Positions 62,508 to 63,168 of a stretch of DNA of 63,168 bases are shown piece by piece. Under the pieces are notes generated by a model that was not told the DNA's origin, did not search any database, and was given only the letters and a program-made list of their open reading frames with translations. Position numbers and translations under genes: made by a program. The stretch comes from a virus (taxonomy: Duplodnaviria > Caudoviricetes), in IMG/VR virus record IMGVR_UViG_3300042878_000174, positions 1 to 63,168 of that record, one strand, 5' to 3'. Numbering within the stretch: the stretch's first letter is position 1; the number at the start of each line of letters is the position of its first letter.

Positions 62508-63071
62508 TTAGGTCAATGTCAATGTGTACGTAACCGCAATCGTGTCACCATTAACAACAGCCTTAGAACTAGAAAAATCACCAGCAGAGAACAATGTGCC
62601 AGTGGTTGAATCTTTAGTTGCGCTACCGCCAATGTTGATAAAGCAACCCGCTACAGTACCTGTGCTGGTCATAGAGAATGACACGGCAGAAGATGTAGCC
62701 TTGCTAGAAGCGGCGGCAGAAGCAAATGAAGGTGTAGGACGGTTGCCAGAATATGCAGGAGCGTTAGTGCCACCCACTTCTAACCAGCCTGCGTGGGATG
62801 CTTGTGTATCTGCAACGTTAGCCGAACCCACGCCCTTTAAGCCCATCACAACTGCGCCAGCGGCTGAGTTACCAAGGATGGTATCCAAGGTCAAGTTCTT
62901 ACCAACAGTCGTTACTAAGTTCTGAATAGGTTCGTCCCACTTAACAAAACCATCAATGCTGTAGCAAACAGCATGGTATGTACCGTGGATAGCCATCTCA
63001 TCAGAAGGCATGGTGTTGTATTTTGTGATTGCTGCTACTTGGTCGGTAGCGGTGATTTTGTCCAAGCTCAT
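62508..63071 (-). CDS. Virion structural protein, tail-associated
   Basis: KW.....NLVTTVGKN..LD, GW.E....Y...R, G.LFSAGDF....V..GD...VTY. Confidence 0.75.
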   Translation of the reverse strand: MSLDKITATDQVAAITKYNTMPSDEMAIHGTYHAVCYSIDGFVKWDEPIQNLVTTVGKNLTLDTILGNSAAGAVVMGLKGVGSANVADTQASHAGWLEVGGTNAPAYSGNRPTPSFASAAASSKATSSAVSFSMTSTGTVAGCFINIGGSATKDSTTGTLFSAGDFSSSKAVVNGDTIAVTYTLTLT

Positions 63072-63168
63072 GTGAGGCTCCTTAATTAGAAGAACGGATC
63101 AATGCTGCTGTCGCTGTGTTAGCAGGCATTGTGATGGTGAAATTGGTAGATGTTTTGTCAGACCCAAA
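62566..63168. repeat. Terminal direct repeat, right copy
   Basis: Starts GAACTAGAAAAATCACC at 62566, the same as base 1; implies a unit genome of about 62,565 bp. Confidence 0.95.

Overview
The window is a near-complete, circularly assembled tailed dsDNA phage genome of about 62,565 bp; bases 1-603 recur at 62566-63168 with about 21 differences. Its gene set is podovirus-like (portal, tail adaptor/nozzle, large internal ejection proteins, no tape measure), and I recognised no integrase, DNA polymerase, RNA polymerase or methyltransferase. A freshwater betaproteobacterial host is plausible from family resemblance but is only an inference. Layout: a minus-strand morphogenesis block (TerS, LexA-like HTH, TerL, portal, GroES, scaffold, Mu-gpT-like capsid, small basic head proteins, adaptors, Gly-rich fibres, lysis genes, nozzle, ejection proteins, 2975-aa polyvalent protein); a plus-strand early block (SprT-like protein, MoxR/CobS AAA+, CobT-N-like, vWA, small ORFs); a minus-strand replication block (primase-helicase, HNH, RusA) behind a ~470-nt structured leader; and a plus-strand recombination block (PD-(D/E)XK exonuclease, Sak, SSB-like). 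The most striking signals lie outside the gene list. (1) The palindrome GTTTAAAC occurs about 49 times by hand count against about 1 expected, sits in promoter and RBS spacers, and is almost absent from the 19-kb tail region. (2) The 6.9-kb early segment lacks GCWGC and CCAG[A/C], while CCWGG and GGWCC appear absent genome-wide; this segment is bounded by a G-rich tract and a palindrome cluster and carries four perfect DnaA boxes. (3) The polyvalent protein looks like a self-processed polyprotein carrying two ART-like domains and a gp88-like Cys-cluster domain. (4) Small head proteins share xxGG and ADGxAxKGKT peptide tags. All counts are manual and all family assignments are from motif recognition, not database searches.
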